Part shown: in pieces, positions 48,506 through 59,960 of the stretch
Layout: the number at the start of each line of letters is the position of its first letter
How positions within the stretch are numbered: the stretch's first letter is position 1
DNA from: Chloroflexota bacterium
GTDB lineage: Bacteria > Chloroflexota > Dehalococcoidia > UBA2247 > JAXHVC01
DNA length: 64,000 nt
Assembly: GCA_034189315.1 (NCBI GenBank)
Contig: JAXHVC010000144.1
Coordinates: 1,026 to 65,025, forward strand
Reading direction: 5' to 3'
Made by a program: the position numbers and the translations under genes
Notes under the pieces: generated by a model
Seen by the model: the letters and a program-made list of their open reading frames with translations, nothing else
Database searches by the model: none
What the model was told of the DNA's origin: nothing

Positions 48506-49927
48506 CTACGTGTAGTCGAATACCTTGCCTGGATTCAGGATATTATTTGGATCGAAGGCATTCTTGATTCTCATCATGAGCTTAATAGGTGGTTTTTCCA
48601 TTACGGTATTGAGGTAGGCCTTCTTATCGAAACCTAGCCCATGTTCTCCCGAGACTACACCTCCCAAGGATGCACCTGCCTCGAATATATCATTGAACAC
48701 GTTTGGGAGTTTTGCTTTCCATTGTTCCACGTCCATGCCACGACTCATAGGGTGTACGTGTACGTTCCCATCTCCAGCATGCCCATATGCTACGATGGGG
48801 ACGCCATGCCTTCTTGATATCTCTTTTACCTTGGCTATGAACTCTGGAATCATAGATCGTGGAACCACCACATCTGCGGCTTCGAGTGGACCAGTACTCT
48901 TTGCCGCGGGATAGAACTTCTCCCTTGCCTCCAGAAGATCCCTGGTGGCTCGATCGCTCCCTGGTATGTATGTTTCAACCGCTCCATTCTTCTTGCATAC
49001 TTCCGATATTTGCTGTGAAACCCTATAGAAATCCTCATCGGTATCCACTTCTACAATTATCAAAAGGAATGCTTCCCCATCTCCAAGGGGTACTTCCTTG
49101 CCAGTAAATTCCTGTGCAATTTGTAGAATATCTCTCTCAAGAAACTCTATGCCTACTGGGAGAAACTTGTGCTTTAGGATATCTGGAACAGACTTAATAG
49201 CATCCTCCAGTTTGGCGAATGGTACACATAGCACCTCTCTCCTACTAGGTGGTGCTATAAGCCTTAGCATTATCTTGGTGATTACTGCAAGTGTTCCCTC
49301 AGAGCCGACGATCAATTGTGTCAAATCATAGCCTGTTGATGATTTTACAAATTTGCCCCCTGTGTTGATGATCTCTCCGGTTGGTAGAACAGCCTCTAAT
49401 CCCAGAACGAAGTGCCTAGTGACCCCATGCTTGACTGCTCGTAGCCCTCCGGCATTAGTTGCCACGTTACCGCCGAGGGTTGCTGTCTTTTCTCCAGGAT
49501 ATAGGGGATAGTAGAGACCACGTTCTTCTGTAGCCTGGTATAGATCTGCGAGGGTAACCCCAGGTTCGACAACGGCAACAAAGTTGTTCTCATCGATCTC
49601 TAGGATGCGGTTCATCTCTTCCACGGAGAGTACGATCCCTCCATAAAGTGGCACACATCCACCGCAGACACCAGTGCCTCCTCCCCTTGGAGTAACGGGT
49701 AGATTCTTTTCGGTGCTCAAGGCTAATATTCGTGATACTTGAGAGGCATCACCAGTTTTGACTACAACATCAGGGAAGTGCGTCTTGGTGACCGGCATTT
49801 CATCCCGTGCATACTTAGCTAACTCGTCTTTGGAGGTGAAGACATTTTGTATGCCTGCGATATTCTCTAACTCCCGGACTATCTCATCTGTAACCACGGA
49901 GTATTGGTTGTGCATTGCCTTCTCCAA
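48506..49927 (-). CDS. FAD-linked oxidase (GlcD / D-lactate dehydrogenase family)
   Basis: An FAD-binding PCMH-type N-terminal domain (PRGGGTGVCGG) and a C-terminal FAD-oxidase domain. 473 aa. Confidence 0.7.
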   Translation of the reverse strand: MEKAMHNQYSVVTDEIVRELENIAGIQNVFTSKDELAKYARDEMPVTKTHFPDVVVKTGDASQVSRILALSTEKNLPVTPRGGGTGVCGGCVPLYGGIVLSVEEMNRILEIDENNFVAVVEPGVTLADLYQATEERGLYYPLYPGEKTATLGGNVATNAGGLRAVKHGVTRHFVLGLEAVLPTGEIINTGGKFVKSSTGYDLTQLIVGSEGTLAVITKIMLRLIAPPSRREVLCVPFAKLEDAIKSVPDILKHKFLPVGIEFLERDILQIAQEFTGKEVPLGDGEAFLLIIVEVDTDEDFYRVSQQISEVCKKNGAVETYIPGSDRATRDLLEAREKFYPAAKSTGPLEAADVVVPRSMIPEFIAKVKEISRRHGVPIVAYGHAGDGNVHVHPMSRGMDVEQWKAKLPNVFNDIFEAGASLGGVVSGEHGLGFDKKAYLNTVMEKPPIKLMMRIKNAFDPNNILNPGKVFDYT

Positions 49928-50389
49928 TCTATTGTAGTAGCTGCAAGGAGTATGAATCCTTTCTTGAGAGCTTTGGCTGAAAGGGCGATCTCGTTAAAGG
50001 CTCGACATAATAACAGGGGGTGTGTGGGTGTTATTCCCCTGGGAGCAGCGAAGGAACTGGCCCATAGGCTCTAAGATCCTTTAGTCATGTATAACAGCTC
50101 AACTGTATGCTCTGGTTTAGCACAAGTCAAGGTGGTTGTGCATATGAAAAGACATGTTGTTGTGATGTTTGGTGGTGAGAACTTGCTGGTTGTTAACGAC
50201 TGGATAGTTGGTTTGGTAATGCGTTTAGTTGGGGGTAATTTGAGGATTATTGTACAGCAGCTTAACCTTTGGTATCATCACGGAACTAAAATAATGCAGT
50301 TCCTCGACTATTTAAGATCCCTATTCGATACTGACTATCAGGGAACGTTTGTATGGGTGACCGCTTCTTGACGTTGGGTGCTGATTAAT

Positions 50390-51319
50390 ATGAGCAAGAA
50401 ACAGCAGTTTGTGATCGAGGTTCGGGACCTATTCAAGAGCTATGGTCCGATTAAAGCCGTAGATGGTATCTCTTTCCAAGTTGAGAAGGGGGAGATCTTC
50501 GGGATGCTAGGGCCAAATGGCGCTGGCAAAACCACCACGGTTGAGATAATTGAGGGACTGCGCAAACCGGATAGCGGAAGAGTCGATGTGCTTGGCATGG
50601 ATGCTTTGAAGGACGTACGGTCTGTAAAGGAGCACATTGGTGTACAACTGCAAATCCCTGCTCTCTTTCCTACCCTAAATGTTCAGGAGATTGTTAGTTT
50701 CTTTGGGGGGATCTACAAGACACGCGTGTCTTCGTCTGAGGTCATTCAAATGGTCTCACTTGAGGAAAGTAGTAAGGTGTTGGTGAAAAACCTATCAGGT
50801 GGTCAGCAACAGCGTCTATCTGTTGCCCTAGCCTTTGTCAACGATCCCGATATTGCTTTCTTAGACGAACCAACTACGGGACTGGACCCTCAAGCGAGGC
50901 GTGCTTTGTGGGATGTGATTGAGGGATTTCGCAGTAGGGGCAAAACAATCTTTCTTACTACGCATTATATGGACGAAGCTGAACGATTGTGTGATAGGGT
51001 GGCTGTTATGGATCATGGGAACATTATTGCGTTAGATAGTCCTTCTCACATGATAGAGCACCATTTTAGGGAGAGTGCAATTCAGTTTCGCATATCAAAT
51101 AGTCCTGGTAGTAAGGTTTTGAGTGAGATTGATGGGGTTTCGAATTTGGTGTCAGATGAAGATGAAATCACTCTCTACACTGATAATGTACCGGTGACCA
51201 TATCTGGACTGCTTGCACTTGCTTCAAGCAGGTCAAGCCAGCTATCCGATTTGTTCGTAAGACAAGCGACCCTGGAAGATGTGTTCCTCAAACTAACAGG
51301 GAAGAGGATACGAGATTGA
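50390..51319 (+). CDS. ABC transporter ATP-binding protein (ABC-2 exporter type)
   Basis: GPNGAGKTT, LSGGQQQRL and FLDEPTTGLD. ATG 50390 is in frame with the ORF-track TTG 50378. Confidence 0.75.
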   Translation: MSKKQQFVIEVRDLFKSYGPIKAVDGISFQVEKGEIFGMLGPNGAGKTTTVEIIEGLRKPDSGRVDVLGMDALKDVRSVKEHIGVQLQIPALFPTLNVQEIVSFFGGIYKTRVSSSEVIQMVSLEESSKVLVKNLSGGQQQRLSVALAFVNDPDIAFLDEPTTGLDPQARRALWDVIEGFRSRGKTIFLTTHYMDEAERLCDRVAVMDHGNIIALDSPSHMIEHHFRESAIQFRISNSPGSKVLSEIDGVSNLVSDEDEITLYTDNVPVTISGLLALASSRSSQLSDLFVRQATLEDVFLKLTGKRIRD

Positions 51320-52398
51320 GGATTTTCTTTAACCTATTTATAGCGCATTACAAACAGTTTATACGTGATAAGGCGGCACTATTCTTTACCTTCCTTTTTC
51401 CAATTCTCTTCATACTAGTATTCGGCTGGGCTTTTGGTGATCCATCGCAGAGCTTTGATGTAGGAGTGGTTACCCAAGATACCTCGGATATTGCGTATGC
51501 TGTAGTGGCTGCACTAAATGAGGTCGAAGTCCTGGATGATATAGAAGTTGGAGACTTTAATACGGAGATGGATTTACTTCGGGATGGTGACCTTGAAGCT
51601 GTGATTGTGATACCCGAAGGCTTCGGAGATTCCCTGCAAATGGGACAAGCTGCTAGTCTTGATGTTCACTATGATCCCAGCCAAACATCCACAGTACAGA
51701 TTCTATTGCCATTGCTAGAACAAGTGATGGATGGTATAGAACGTGGCATCACAGGGAATATCAGGCTTATTAGTCTCGAAGAACACATTGTGCAATCACG
51801 CGAATTGAAAATGATTGATTACCTTGTTCCTGGGATACTTGGGATGTCGATAATGTTCAGTGGTATATTTGCATGCATCCCTATTATTCAACAGAGACAG
51901 GCTCAGATAATTAAGCGGCTAGGGTGTACACCCCTGCGGAGATCCTCTCTTGTGTTGTCCGAACTAGCATTTCGCATGATTTTGGTGCTGTTGACCACGG
52001 CTTTAATTGTTCTGGTGGGGCGGTTGGCCTTTGGTGTGGAGATGGTGGGTAACTGGGGTGTGCTTTGTGGACTGTGTATTTTGGGTACACTTGCCTTTGT
52101 CAGTATTGGCTATGTGATTGCGGCCTTCGTTAGGACCGAAGAGAGCGCAATCCCCATTATCAATGTCATCAACTTCCCTATGATGTTCCTCTCTGGCACA
52201 TTCTTTCCGGTATCGAACATGCCGGGCTTCATTGAACCAATAGTAAGTGCGATCCCTCTGACTTACTTGACCGATGCTTTGAGGCAGACAATGGTGGATA
52301 GCACACCGTTTCATCCTATGACAACGAATGTTCTAGTGTTGACGGGGTGGTTGGTGGTATGCCTCTTGATTACAATTCGCTTCTTCCGTTGGGATTAG
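51316..52398 (+). CDS. ABC-2 family transporter permease
   Basis: An N-terminal TM, a large extracytoplasmic loop and a C-terminal 5-TM bundle. Overlaps the upstream ATPase gene by 4 nt. Confidence 0.65.
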   Translation: MRIFFNLFIAHYKQFIRDKAALFFTFLFPILFILVFGWAFGDPSQSFDVGVVTQDTSDIAYAVVAALNEVEVLDDIEVGDFNTEMDLLRDGDLEAVIVIPEGFGDSLQMGQAASLDVHYDPSQTSTVQILLPLLEQVMDGIERGITGNIRLISLEEHIVQSRELKMIDYLVPGILGMSIMFSGIFACIPIIQQRQAQIIKRLGCTPLRRSSLVLSELAFRMILVLLTTALIVLVGRLAFGVEMVGNWGVLCGLCILGTLAFVSIGYVIAAFVRTEESAIPIINVINFPMMFLSGTFFPVSNMPGFIEPIVSAIPLTYLTDALRQTMVDSTPFHPMTTNVLVLTGWLVVCLLITIRFFRWD

Positions 52399-52456
52399 TT
52401 TACGGTATCGATACCCTAAACCCTAAAACTTCAGGGATTTCCCGACCAAGTAATTG

Positions 52457-53641
52457 CTATGTTATGGTTTGTACGAATTTGTTACCCTTGCTGGTGAGTC
52501 CCTTGGTGGGGAGTTGGATCCTCTTTTCTTCATCTGCAACCACATGACCAATCACGTTTGCTGTTATGTCGTACTTATCTGCCATCCTGATGACGGTACC
52601 TGCATCGTACTCATTGATAATGATGCAGAAACCGATGCCCATATTGAAAACCTGGAACATCTCTGCATCATCGATATTCCCGTAATGTTGGATCATAGAG
52701 AATATAGATTGTGGCTCAGGAAGATCGTCGATGATGAATCCTACTTTAGACTCAACTCTAGTGAGGTTTAGCAATCCATCGCCAGTAATATGTGCCATCC
52801 CCTTGACTTGAATACCAGAATCCAAGATGGCCATCACAAGTGGTACGTATATAGTGGTGGGTTCGAGAAGTTCTTCTCCTACCGTTCTGCCAAGTTCAGT
52901 AGAAAATGTGTCTATATTCAGTTTGCCTTTATCGAAGAGGACTTTTCTGGCTAATGTCAAGCCATTGCTGTGAATACCACTGCTTTGGAATCCAACGATG
53001 ACGTTGCCATCTGTGATGTTATCACCAGATATGATTCTGTCTAACGGAACGGTGCCGATTGCTGTTCCAGCTAGATCAAAAGCTATTCCTGGTAGGTCAT
53101 CATCGAGCAATTCTGGAAGTTGGGCCAGCTCTCCACCAGGGATAGAGACCTGTGCTATCTGAGCTCCATCGTGTAGCCCCTTTGCGATTTGTGTAACAAA
53201 GGTGGGATCACTATCTTTCACTGCGAGGTAGTCGACTACCGTGATTGGCTCCGCTCCCACACATAGTACATCGTTAACGTTCATAGCAATGCAATCTATA
53301 CCAACTGTGTCGTACTTATCCATCATTCTGGCTACTATTATCTTAGTACCCACACCATCGGTCGATATAGCTAGACCTTGGCTACTATTGAGCTGGACTA
53401 TACTAGCAAAATACCCGATTCCGATTAATGGAATGCCCACTCGATCGTTACGTAAGGGCAGGGTTTTATCAAGCCAGTGACGCAGACCTGTTAGTGCAGA
53501 TTCTGCCTTTGTTGTGTCTACTCCAACCTCGGAGTATTTCATGCTTTCTTGTTCCATAGTGTGGGGAGCTCCCTGCATTTCATGGCGCCGAATTGTGTCC
53601 GAATTCAGAAGGGGGCAAGGGGAATAGACCCCTTGCTCCAT
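52457..53641 (-). CDS. AIR synthase-related (PurM-like) protein, function unknown
   Basis: PurM-fold N- and C-domains (STDGVGTK, DVLCVGAEP). It has no SelD GCGCK motif and no HypE C-terminal Cys. Confidence 0.5.
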   Translation of the reverse strand: MEQGVYSPCPLLNSDTIRRHEMQGAPHTMEQESMKYSEVGVDTTKAESALTGLRHWLDKTLPLRNDRVGIPLIGIGYFASIVQLNSSQGLAISTDGVGTKIIVARMMDKYDTVGIDCIAMNVNDVLCVGAEPITVVDYLAVKDSDPTFVTQIAKGLHDGAQIAQVSIPGGELAQLPELLDDDLPGIAFDLAGTAIGTVPLDRIISGDNITDGNVIVGFQSSGIHSNGLTLARKVLFDKGKLNIDTFSTELGRTVGEELLEPTTIYVPLVMAILDSGIQVKGMAHITGDGLLNLTRVESKVGFIIDDLPEPQSIFSMIQHYGNIDDAEMFQVFNMGIGFCIIINEYDAGTVIRMADKYDITANVIGHVVADEEKRIQLPTKGLTSKGNKFVQTIT

Positions 53642-53667
53642 CGAGTGCTGCGAGAGTCACTAGATAA

Positions 53668-54642
53668 TCAGTATACATTCAACGAAGATAGATGCTGAAT
53701 TCTCTTGAGCATGTTGGGATGTGTGGTAAACATCTCCATGATCTTGTCCGAAGTTGTTAGCTTGATATCCATTCCTCGGACTGCAATTAGCTCACCAGCG
53801 TCGATAGTTCCGCTCATATCCCTATCCACTTGAGATAGTTCTCTCAGCTCATTATATGCACGTGAGGGATCGTTTACGAAGAATGCCTTCACTCCCTGCA
53901 CTTCCTTCAATTCCTCCCGACCTTGGAAACGTGCGTTTCCATAGACTAGTTTGTATAGTGCACTGGCTAGCTGGTGTGGCTGACTTCCCAGTTCTACGCT
54001 ACCTTTATCTGCATAGTACTCACGGATTCGTGAACCGTACAGGACAAGTAGATTTGTGATCTGGTACAGAATAAACGCTCCAATCCCGATGAGCATTGCA
54101 GCGCCCAGGTCTCCTCTTCTATCGCCAAACATGCCCCTGAAGAATAGTGCCATAGCTATCCAGTACATGATCATAGGTATCGCCGATAGTATCGTGATAA
54201 TAGCCATATCACGATGTTTGATGTGAGCCATTTCGTGCCCTAGAACAGCCTTGAGTTCATCTCTGCTCAATAGACGAAGTATTCCCTCAGTGACACAAAT
54301 CCTCCCATCTCGCTGGGTTCTGCCGAATGCGAAGGCATTGGGGATCCCCATTTGAGAGATGCCCACCTTTGGTTTTGGTAGATTTGCCTTTTGAGCGAGT
54401 TCTCCAACCATTCTATGCAGATCGGGAGCTTCTTCCTCGGAAACCCAGCGAATACGCATAGTATGGGTCACTAGAAACGGTGCAATCATATATTGTATTC
54501 CCATGAACAACACGGCCATCACAATGGCCATAACGACGATATTTCCACCAGTGACTAGCATTGAACCGATTCCTACGATAGCGCCGTAGAGAATGCCAAA
54601 CAGCAATCCCACGAGCAAGAACATTCTTACCTGAAGCCACAT
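53668..54642 (-). CDS. htpX: M48-family membrane zinc metalloprotease (HtpX-like)
   Basis: HEMAH zinc-binding motif (LGHEMAHIKHRD) and multiple TM segments. Confidence 0.7.
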   Translation of the reverse strand: MWLQVRMFLLVGLLFGILYGAIVGIGSMLVTGGNIVVMAIVMAVLFMGIQYMIAPFLVTHTMRIRWVSEEEAPDLHRMVGELAQKANLPKPKVGISQMGIPNAFAFGRTQRDGRICVTEGILRLLSRDELKAVLGHEMAHIKHRDMAIITILSAIPMIMYWIAMALFFRGMFGDRRGDLGAAMLIGIGAFILYQITNLLVLYGSRIREYYADKGSVELGSQPHQLASALYKLVYGNARFQGREELKEVQGVKAFFVNDPSRAYNELRELSQVDRDMSGTIDAGELIAVRGMDIKLTTSDKIMEMFTTHPNMLKRIQHLSSLNVY

Positions 54643-54942
54643 AGTACTTCCTTTCCTCCTTTTATATATTCTAAGTTATGCACATCATCGCATGAGTGTC
54701 ATTACTTAGATATAGAGGTATCATTATGTCTAAGATTATCTGACCAATACCTAACTTAATATTTTCTACTTCCCAAACACCAATAGCAAGTCGACGAAGA
54801 CATGTGATCGATAACAAACACATGATACATCAAGCCTTGATGGTTGACCACAATGATAGGCATGTTACATCGTTTCTGATGCGCATTTGGGCTTGTGAGT
54901 ATGTGATTAGAATAGTGTGATATGGGATTCATCTGATGGAGA

Positions 54943-55614
54943 GTGAAGGGGATTATGAGATTGGGAACTAGGCATATCCAGACATCTAGCATTGTTAGAA
55001 TATCAGGACTATTTGGCATAGCTTCTCAGGTGATGCTAGTAACAGTGATTCTCCTATCGATCATACTATCCCCTTGGTTCAGCTGGACGGAGAACTTTCT
55101 GAGCGTACTTGGTGTTAAGGGTGCTGCGACACTATTGTTCAATTTGGGATTTGTCTGCAGTGGGGTAATGAGTTTGTTATTTGCCATTGGGCTGGGACTG
55201 AACTTCTCATCAAGGCGATTATTGGGCCAAATAGGAGCTGTATGTCTAACGGGAGTATCATTTGGTCTAATTGGGATAGGCATTGTTCCGAGAGACGAGG
55301 GGGCCATACATGACTATGCTGCGGTGTTGTTCTTTGCATGCATTCCATTGGCGTTAGTTCTTATTGGAGTTGAGTTATTTTTGTTATCGTCGAAGGTGTT
55401 AGGGGTGTTTTCCATTGTAGCTGGGGGGCTTGCTATTGGTTTGCAGATGGCACCATGGCCATGGAGTGGGGGAGCTATACCACAAGTGATTTCAAGTCTT
55501 CCATGGACGTTATGGTCTGTAGTTTTAGCAGTGAGGCTGTTGAGGGGGGCAAAGGGATTTGGAAATCACTATTCCCATTCTATTGTAGATGGTGGTTTTG
55601 AGGAGATATCATAG
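54943..55614 (+). CDS. polytopic membrane protein (DUF998-like)
   Basis: 6-7 predicted TM helices. The 3' end overlaps the guaA 3' end on the opposite strand. Confidence 0.4.
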   Translation: MKGIMRLGTRHIQTSSIVRISGLFGIASQVMLVTVILLSIILSPWFSWTENFLSVLGVKGAATLLFNLGFVCSGVMSLLFAIGLGLNFSSRRLLGQIGAVCLTGVSFGLIGIGIVPRDEGAIHDYAAVLFFACIPLALVLIGVELFLLSSKVLGVFSIVAGGLAIGLQMAPWPWSGGAIPQVISSLPWTLWSVVLAVRLLRGAKGFGNHYSHSIVDGGFEEIS

Positions 55615-57221
55615 ACGACGCGATTTACTTCTGGTACTTCGTTCACAATACGGTTTGATATATTTCTAAGGACCTCGTAAGGGAGTTGTGCCCAATTTGC
55701 AGTCATAGCATCATCGCTTGTCACCGCTCGCACGGCCACCAGATAGCCATAGGTTCTACAATCTCCCATGACACCTACGCTTCTGATAGTAGTGAGCACA
55801 GCAAAGCTCTGCCATAGTTCACGGTAGAGGTTTGCCTTCTTGATTTCATCCATTACAATACCGTCGGCTCTTCTTAGTATATCCAGCCGTTCGCTGGTCA
55901 CGTCTCCTATGATGCGAATTGCCAGCCCAGGTCCTGGAAATGGCTGTCGCCAAACCATGTCTTCTGGTAATCCCAATGCAACCCCTACTTCTCTAACCTC
56001 ATCTTTGAAAAGGTATCTTAGCGGTTCAAGTAGTTTCAGTTTCATATTCGGTGGCAGCCCGCCGACATTGTGATGGCTTTTTATTCTAGCTGATCCTTTG
56101 CTCTCAGGTGTGCTACTTTCGATTACATCTGGGTAGAGCGTTCCCTGAACCAGGAAGTCCACATCTCCTATGTTGGATGCAGACTGCTCGAATACACGGA
56201 TGAATTCCTCTCCTATTGTGAGGCGTTTGGTTTCAGGAGAAACTACCCCATTTAAACGATTGAGAAACCTCTCGGCAGCATCGACATGTACAACATTCAT
56301 GCGGAGGTTCTTCTGAAAAGTGTCCATGATACGCTGTGGTTCATCTCGACGCAGCAGTCCATTGTCGACGAAGATACAGGTTAGTTGGTCTCCCACTGCA
56401 CGGTGAACTAGAGTTGCTGCAACTGCCGAGTCCACTCCTCCTGATAAGGCGCATATGACTCTACCGGCCCCAACCTTTGTGCGAATCTTCTCAATGCTGT
56501 CTGAGACAAAATTACCTGGAGTCCAGTTCGCCTGGCAGCCACAAATGTCTTGCACGAAGTTTTGGAGAATGGTCGATCCATCTGGTGTGTGTGCTACTTC
56601 TGGATGGAATTGGATACCAAACACTGATCGACTCCCATCACCAATAACTGCAGCAGGGGATGTTTCTGTGTAGGCGAGAGCCGAGAATCCCGGGGGAGTT
56701 TCGGCAATTGCATCACCATGGCTCATCCATACTTGGGTGGAAAATGGTACATATTGAAGAAGGGATGATTCTGTGCTCTGGTAGAGCACAGAATGTCCGT
56801 ATTCTCTTTTCTGTGCAGGGACTACCTTTCCTCCCAGTTGATGTGTGATAACTTGCATGCCATAACAGATTCCTAGGACGGGGAGTCTGCTGTCATACAC
56901 ATAAGAGGGAGCTAGAGGGGCATTTATATCGTAGACGCTTGCAGGGCCTCCAGAGAGAATAAATCCCTTTGGGTTAAGAGGTGCAATCTTCTCCCATGGG
57001 GTGTCAAAGGGCATTAATTCACAGTACGCCTGAAACTCTCTCACCCGACGCACAATAAGCATGTTGTATTGGGAGCCGAAGTCTAGAACTATGATAGTTT
57101 CTTTTGGCGCACTTGTCTTATCTTCCAGAGGGGTGGGCTGACCCACCATCTTCTGTTCTGCAATTTCCAAATATGTAGATACTTCTACATCATCACTCTT
57201 GCCAAGGCGGCGACTGCCCAC
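55569..57221 (-). CDS. guaA: GMP synthase (glutamine-hydrolysing), fused GATase plus ATP-pyrophosphatase
   Basis: ILDFGSQY start region, GATase Cys (GICYGMQ) and a PP-loop SGGVDS. The real start is probably the Met 24 codons downstream of the ORF-track start (MVGQPTP...). Confidence 0.85.
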   Translation of the reverse strand: MGSRRLGKSDDVEVSTYLEIAEQKMVGQPTPLEDKTSAPKETIIVLDFGSQYNMLIVRRVREFQAYCELMPFDTPWEKIAPLNPKGFILSGGPASVYDINAPLAPSYVYDSRLPVLGICYGMQVITHQLGGKVVPAQKREYGHSVLYQSTESSLLQYVPFSTQVWMSHGDAIAETPPGFSALAYTETSPAAVIGDGSRSVFGIQFHPEVAHTPDGSTILQNFVQDICGCQANWTPGNFVSDSIEKIRTKVGAGRVICALSGGVDSAVAATLVHRAVGDQLTCIFVDNGLLRRDEPQRIMDTFQKNLRMNVVHVDAAERFLNRLNGVVSPETKRLTIGEEFIRVFEQSASNIGDVDFLVQGTLYPDVIESSTPESKGSARIKSHHNVGGLPPNMKLKLLEPLRYLFKDEVREVGVALGLPEDMVWRQPFPGPGLAIRIIGDVTSERLDILRRADGIVMDEIKKANLYRELWQSFAVLTTIRSVGVMGDCRTYGYLVAVRAVTSDDAMTANWAQLPYEVLRNISNRIVNEVPEVNRVVYDISSKPPSTIEWE

Positions 57222-57365
57222 TGATCTCTCCTTGGAATGGCATTATACTGGGATTGGGTTCTCACTACAAGTCTGATTGATTCGAAAATGAGTATGTTTG
57301 GATTATGGACTTGTTAGAAATGTCGGTAAACGTTCGAATTCGACTAAACAATGAGGCCGTAGCTC

Positions 57366-57395
57366 TTGACAAGCTAGCTATAGCACGTCTATAGT
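57366..57395 (+). promoter_or_regulatory. sigma70-type promoter (TTGACA-N18-TATAGT) for the small zinc-ribbon gene
   Basis: Perfect -35 TTGACA at 57366-57371 and -10 TATAGT at 57390-57395, about 30 nt upstream of an AAGGAGG SD and ATG 57425. Confidence 0.6.
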
Positions 57396-57424
57396 TACGG
57401 CTATCTAGAAAGGAGGTACCATAA

Positions 57425-57568
57425 ATGCCCCAGGGTTATTGTTTCAAATGTAGAGCAAAGGTAGAGATCAAGAATCCTCAAAAGGTTACCCTAAAGAATA
57501 AGAGGCCTGCGACTCAAGGTGTTTGCCCCAAGTGTGGAACAAAGGTATTTAGAATCGGCCAGTCTTAA
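57425..57568 (+). CDS. small lysine-rich zinc-ribbon protein (47 aa, CxxC...CxxC; DUF5679-like)
   Basis: MPQGYCFKCRAKVEIKNPQKVTLKNKRPATQGVCPKCGTKVFRIGQS has two CxxC pairs. Strong SD AAGGAGG 7 nt upstream. It is absent from the ORF track only because it is under 60 aa. Confidence 0.6.
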   Translation: MPQGYCFKCRAKVEIKNPQKVTLKNKRPATQGVCPKCGTKVFRIGQS

Positions 57569-57583
57569 CCTGAATTGGATTCC

Positions 57584-58282
57584 TTAGCGGGAGGATAACC
57601 TTCTCAATAGCGCTTCGGCATTGCCTGTTAGTATTGATTGAATGACGCTTTGTTCGATACCGCTTCCTCTGAGTATATCAACAGCCAATCTAGTTGTAAG
57701 TAAGTCATTCGAATCGTGAGCGTCGGAATTCAATAACAGGAGATTCTTGGCTTGTTTTGTGACTTTTGCCAAGTGACCGTTTGTTAGAGAGTGGCCTTGC
57801 CTTGCGCTAATCTCGATAAACACTCCCGAGGTGGAAGCTGCCTTTGCCTCCTCGGGAGTTAATATTCCAGGATGGGCGAGTATATCTACGTCCGCAGATT
57901 GTACTGCTTCCATGTTCGTACCATTCTCCACGGGTTCAACGATGGTCTCACCATGAACTACGACTAACCAAGCTCCTAGTTGCTTTGCCTCCTTGGCAGC
58001 CTCCCCTATAGTCTGGGGGGGGAGATGTGTTAGTTCGATGCCGGGGATGGCGATGATATCCCAATACTCTCTGGCGATTCTACAATCCTCGATAGTCTCC
58101 TCTAATACCCTTCTCATTGAACCCAGGCCGACGTGATCAGTGACTGCGATAGCACGATATCCATGCACGAATGCCCGGCGAATCAGTTCTATAGGTGTTA
58201 ATGTTCCATCGCTTAAACACGTGTGAGTGTGAAAGTCACAGATTCTGGTAACTTCTGGAGTCATTGATGTTTGCTCTTTCAC
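57584..58282 (-). CDS. PHP-domain (polymerase/histidinol phosphatase-like) metal-dependent phosphoesterase
   Basis: N-terminal CDFHTHTCLSDG and a later DHV/H motif typical of the PHP fold. 232 aa. Confidence 0.6.
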   Translation of the reverse strand: MKEQTSMTPEVTRICDFHTHTCLSDGTLTPIELIRRAFVHGYRAIAVTDHVGLGSMRRVLEETIEDCRIAREYWDIIAIPGIELTHLPPQTIGEAAKEAKQLGAWLVVVHGETIVEPVENGTNMEAVQSADVDILAHPGILTPEEAKAASTSGVFIEISARQGHSLTNGHLAKVTKQAKNLLLLNSDAHDSNDLLTTRLAVDILRGSGIEQSVIQSILTGNAEALLRRLSSR

Positions 58283-58324
58283 GGATTGGCTCCTTATACA
58301 TACGGTGTTTCAGGTGTGTCCTTG

Positions 58325-58531
58325 CAGACTGTGTCGCAATGTCATCGCGAGCATGGGACTCGTGAGGGACACGAGTTATTAGTGAAAGAAACCTCTAGTT
58401 TCTTAGGATGAGTCTTTCCGGTTACGGAAGGAGGATGTGGCGATCTCCTCTTTATTATGAGATTGCTTCACCTTCAGTTCGCAATGACATGGTAAATTAT
58501 GATTGGCATTTTACAATTGTGATACAGTCTC
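58325..58531 (-). mobile_element. MITE copy E (full-length, 207 bp, inverted orientation)
   Basis: CAGACTGTGTCGCAAT ... AATTGTGATACAGTCTC termini. About 90% identical to copy B over its whole length. Confidence 0.65.
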
Positions 58532-58782
58532 TTAATGGAGGTACCTCCAGCATCTGTGCGATAATGAGATAACTAAATCATTAAATGGAATATCAAATAG
58601 TTTACACCACCTTATCAATTACACAAAGTAATAAGGGATTCCGGTTACCTGTATCATATAGCAAGAGGGGATATCATGGGGTGGGAAGAATATCTTTGCT
58701 TCTTTCAGAAGTATATAAAAGCACCCCTGCCCATGGCAGGGGTGCTCTAAAAACAAATATACTTTAATGCCCTTATACCAAC

Positions 58783-59796
58783 TTACAGCCCCTTGCTTGC
58801 GATTAGCGCAGCTAAATCGGCTAGACGACAACTATATCCCCATTCGTTATCATACCACGACATTACCTTCACCATGTTATCTTCAATGACCATAGTGCTG
58901 GGACAGTCTACGATAGAACTGGCAGCGTTGCCCTTGAAATCTATACTCACGAGTTCTTCATCGGTATAGGCGAGAATACCCTGCAGTTGGTTATTCGCTG
59001 CTTCCCTGAATGATTGATTAATCTCATCTTTAGTTGCGGCTTTTTTTAGATCTGCTACAAAGTCACAAACCGAAACCGTGGTCACTGGAACTCTATAGGC
59101 GAGTCCGTGTATTTTCCCTTTGAGCTCTGGCATGACTTGAGTTACAGCCTTGGCGGCGCCAGTGGACGTGGGGATGATATTGGCTCCTGCGGTACGGGCT
59201 CTGCGCCAATCCTTGTGAAATTGGTCTAGGATTTTCTGATCATTCGTATAAGCATGAATAGTAGACATCAGGCCCTTGCTTACACCAAAACTCTGATGCA
59301 ATACCTTGACAACAGGGGCGATACAGTTAGTAGTGCATGACGCATTGGATATAACATTGTGCTTGGCCGGGTCGTACTGGTCTTCATTGACACCCAGTAC
59401 CACCGTGAGGTCTTCATTGTTTGCTGGTGCGGAGATGATTACCTTCTTGGCTCCACCTTTGAGATGTGCCCCAGCTTTATTTCCGTCGGTGAAGAAGCCA
59501 GTAGACTCGATTACTATATCTACTCCATAGTCCTGCCACTTTATATTTGCAGGGTCTCGCTCTGCTAGCACCTTAACGGACTTACCGTCGACGACAATCG
59601 AATCCTCTGTGTACTCTACTTTCCCCGGGTAGTGCCCGTAGTTAGAGTCGTACTTTAAGAGGTGTGCATTGGTTTTCGTATCCGTAAGGTCGTTAAGTAC
59701 TACTACCTCTAGCTCGGCAGGGCGATTACGTACGATAGCATTAAAGGCAAGCCTGCCTATGCGGCCGAACCCGTTGATACCTACTTTGGTTGCCAA
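58783..59796 (-). CDS. gap: type I glyceraldehyde-3-phosphate dehydrogenase
   Basis: [13 protein letters not shown] motif and the active site SCTTNC. 337 aa. Confidence 0.85.
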   Translation of the reverse strand: MATKVGINGFGRIGRLAFNAIVRNRPAELEVVVLNDLTDTKTNAHLLKYDSNYGHYPGKVEYTEDSIVVDGKSVKVLAERDPANIKWQDYGVDIVIESTGFFTDGNKAGAHLKGGAKKVIISAPANNEDLTVVLGVNEDQYDPAKHNVISNASCTTNCIAPVVKVLHQSFGVSKGLMSTIHAYTNDQKILDQFHKDWRRARTAGANIIPTSTGAAKAVTQVMPELKGKIHGLAYRVPVTTVSVCDFVADLKKAATKDEINQSFREAANNQLQGILAYTDEELVSIDFKGNAASSIVDCPSTMVIEDNMVKVMSWYDNEWGYSCRLADLAALIASKGL

Positions 59797-59960
59797 TTGT
59801 TCCTCCCTTTTATTAACGAATCATCTAAGAATGCATTAGGATCATTGGACAACACATGGTCAAGGCTTCATCCTATGGATGACGTCTTTGCCATCGGCTC
59901 TTTTTGAGTAGTTTACGATGCTTATGCTTGGACATTTTCTTCTCTCTCCACTTGCGAACA

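Noticed and set aside
52457-53641. PurM-like protein as selenophosphate synthetase SelD or hydrogenase maturase HypE
   Set aside because: It lacks the N-terminal Gly-rich Cys/Sec loop of SelD and the C-terminal conserved Cys of HypE. No neighbouring hyp or sel genes. It is left as a generic AIR-synthase-related protein.
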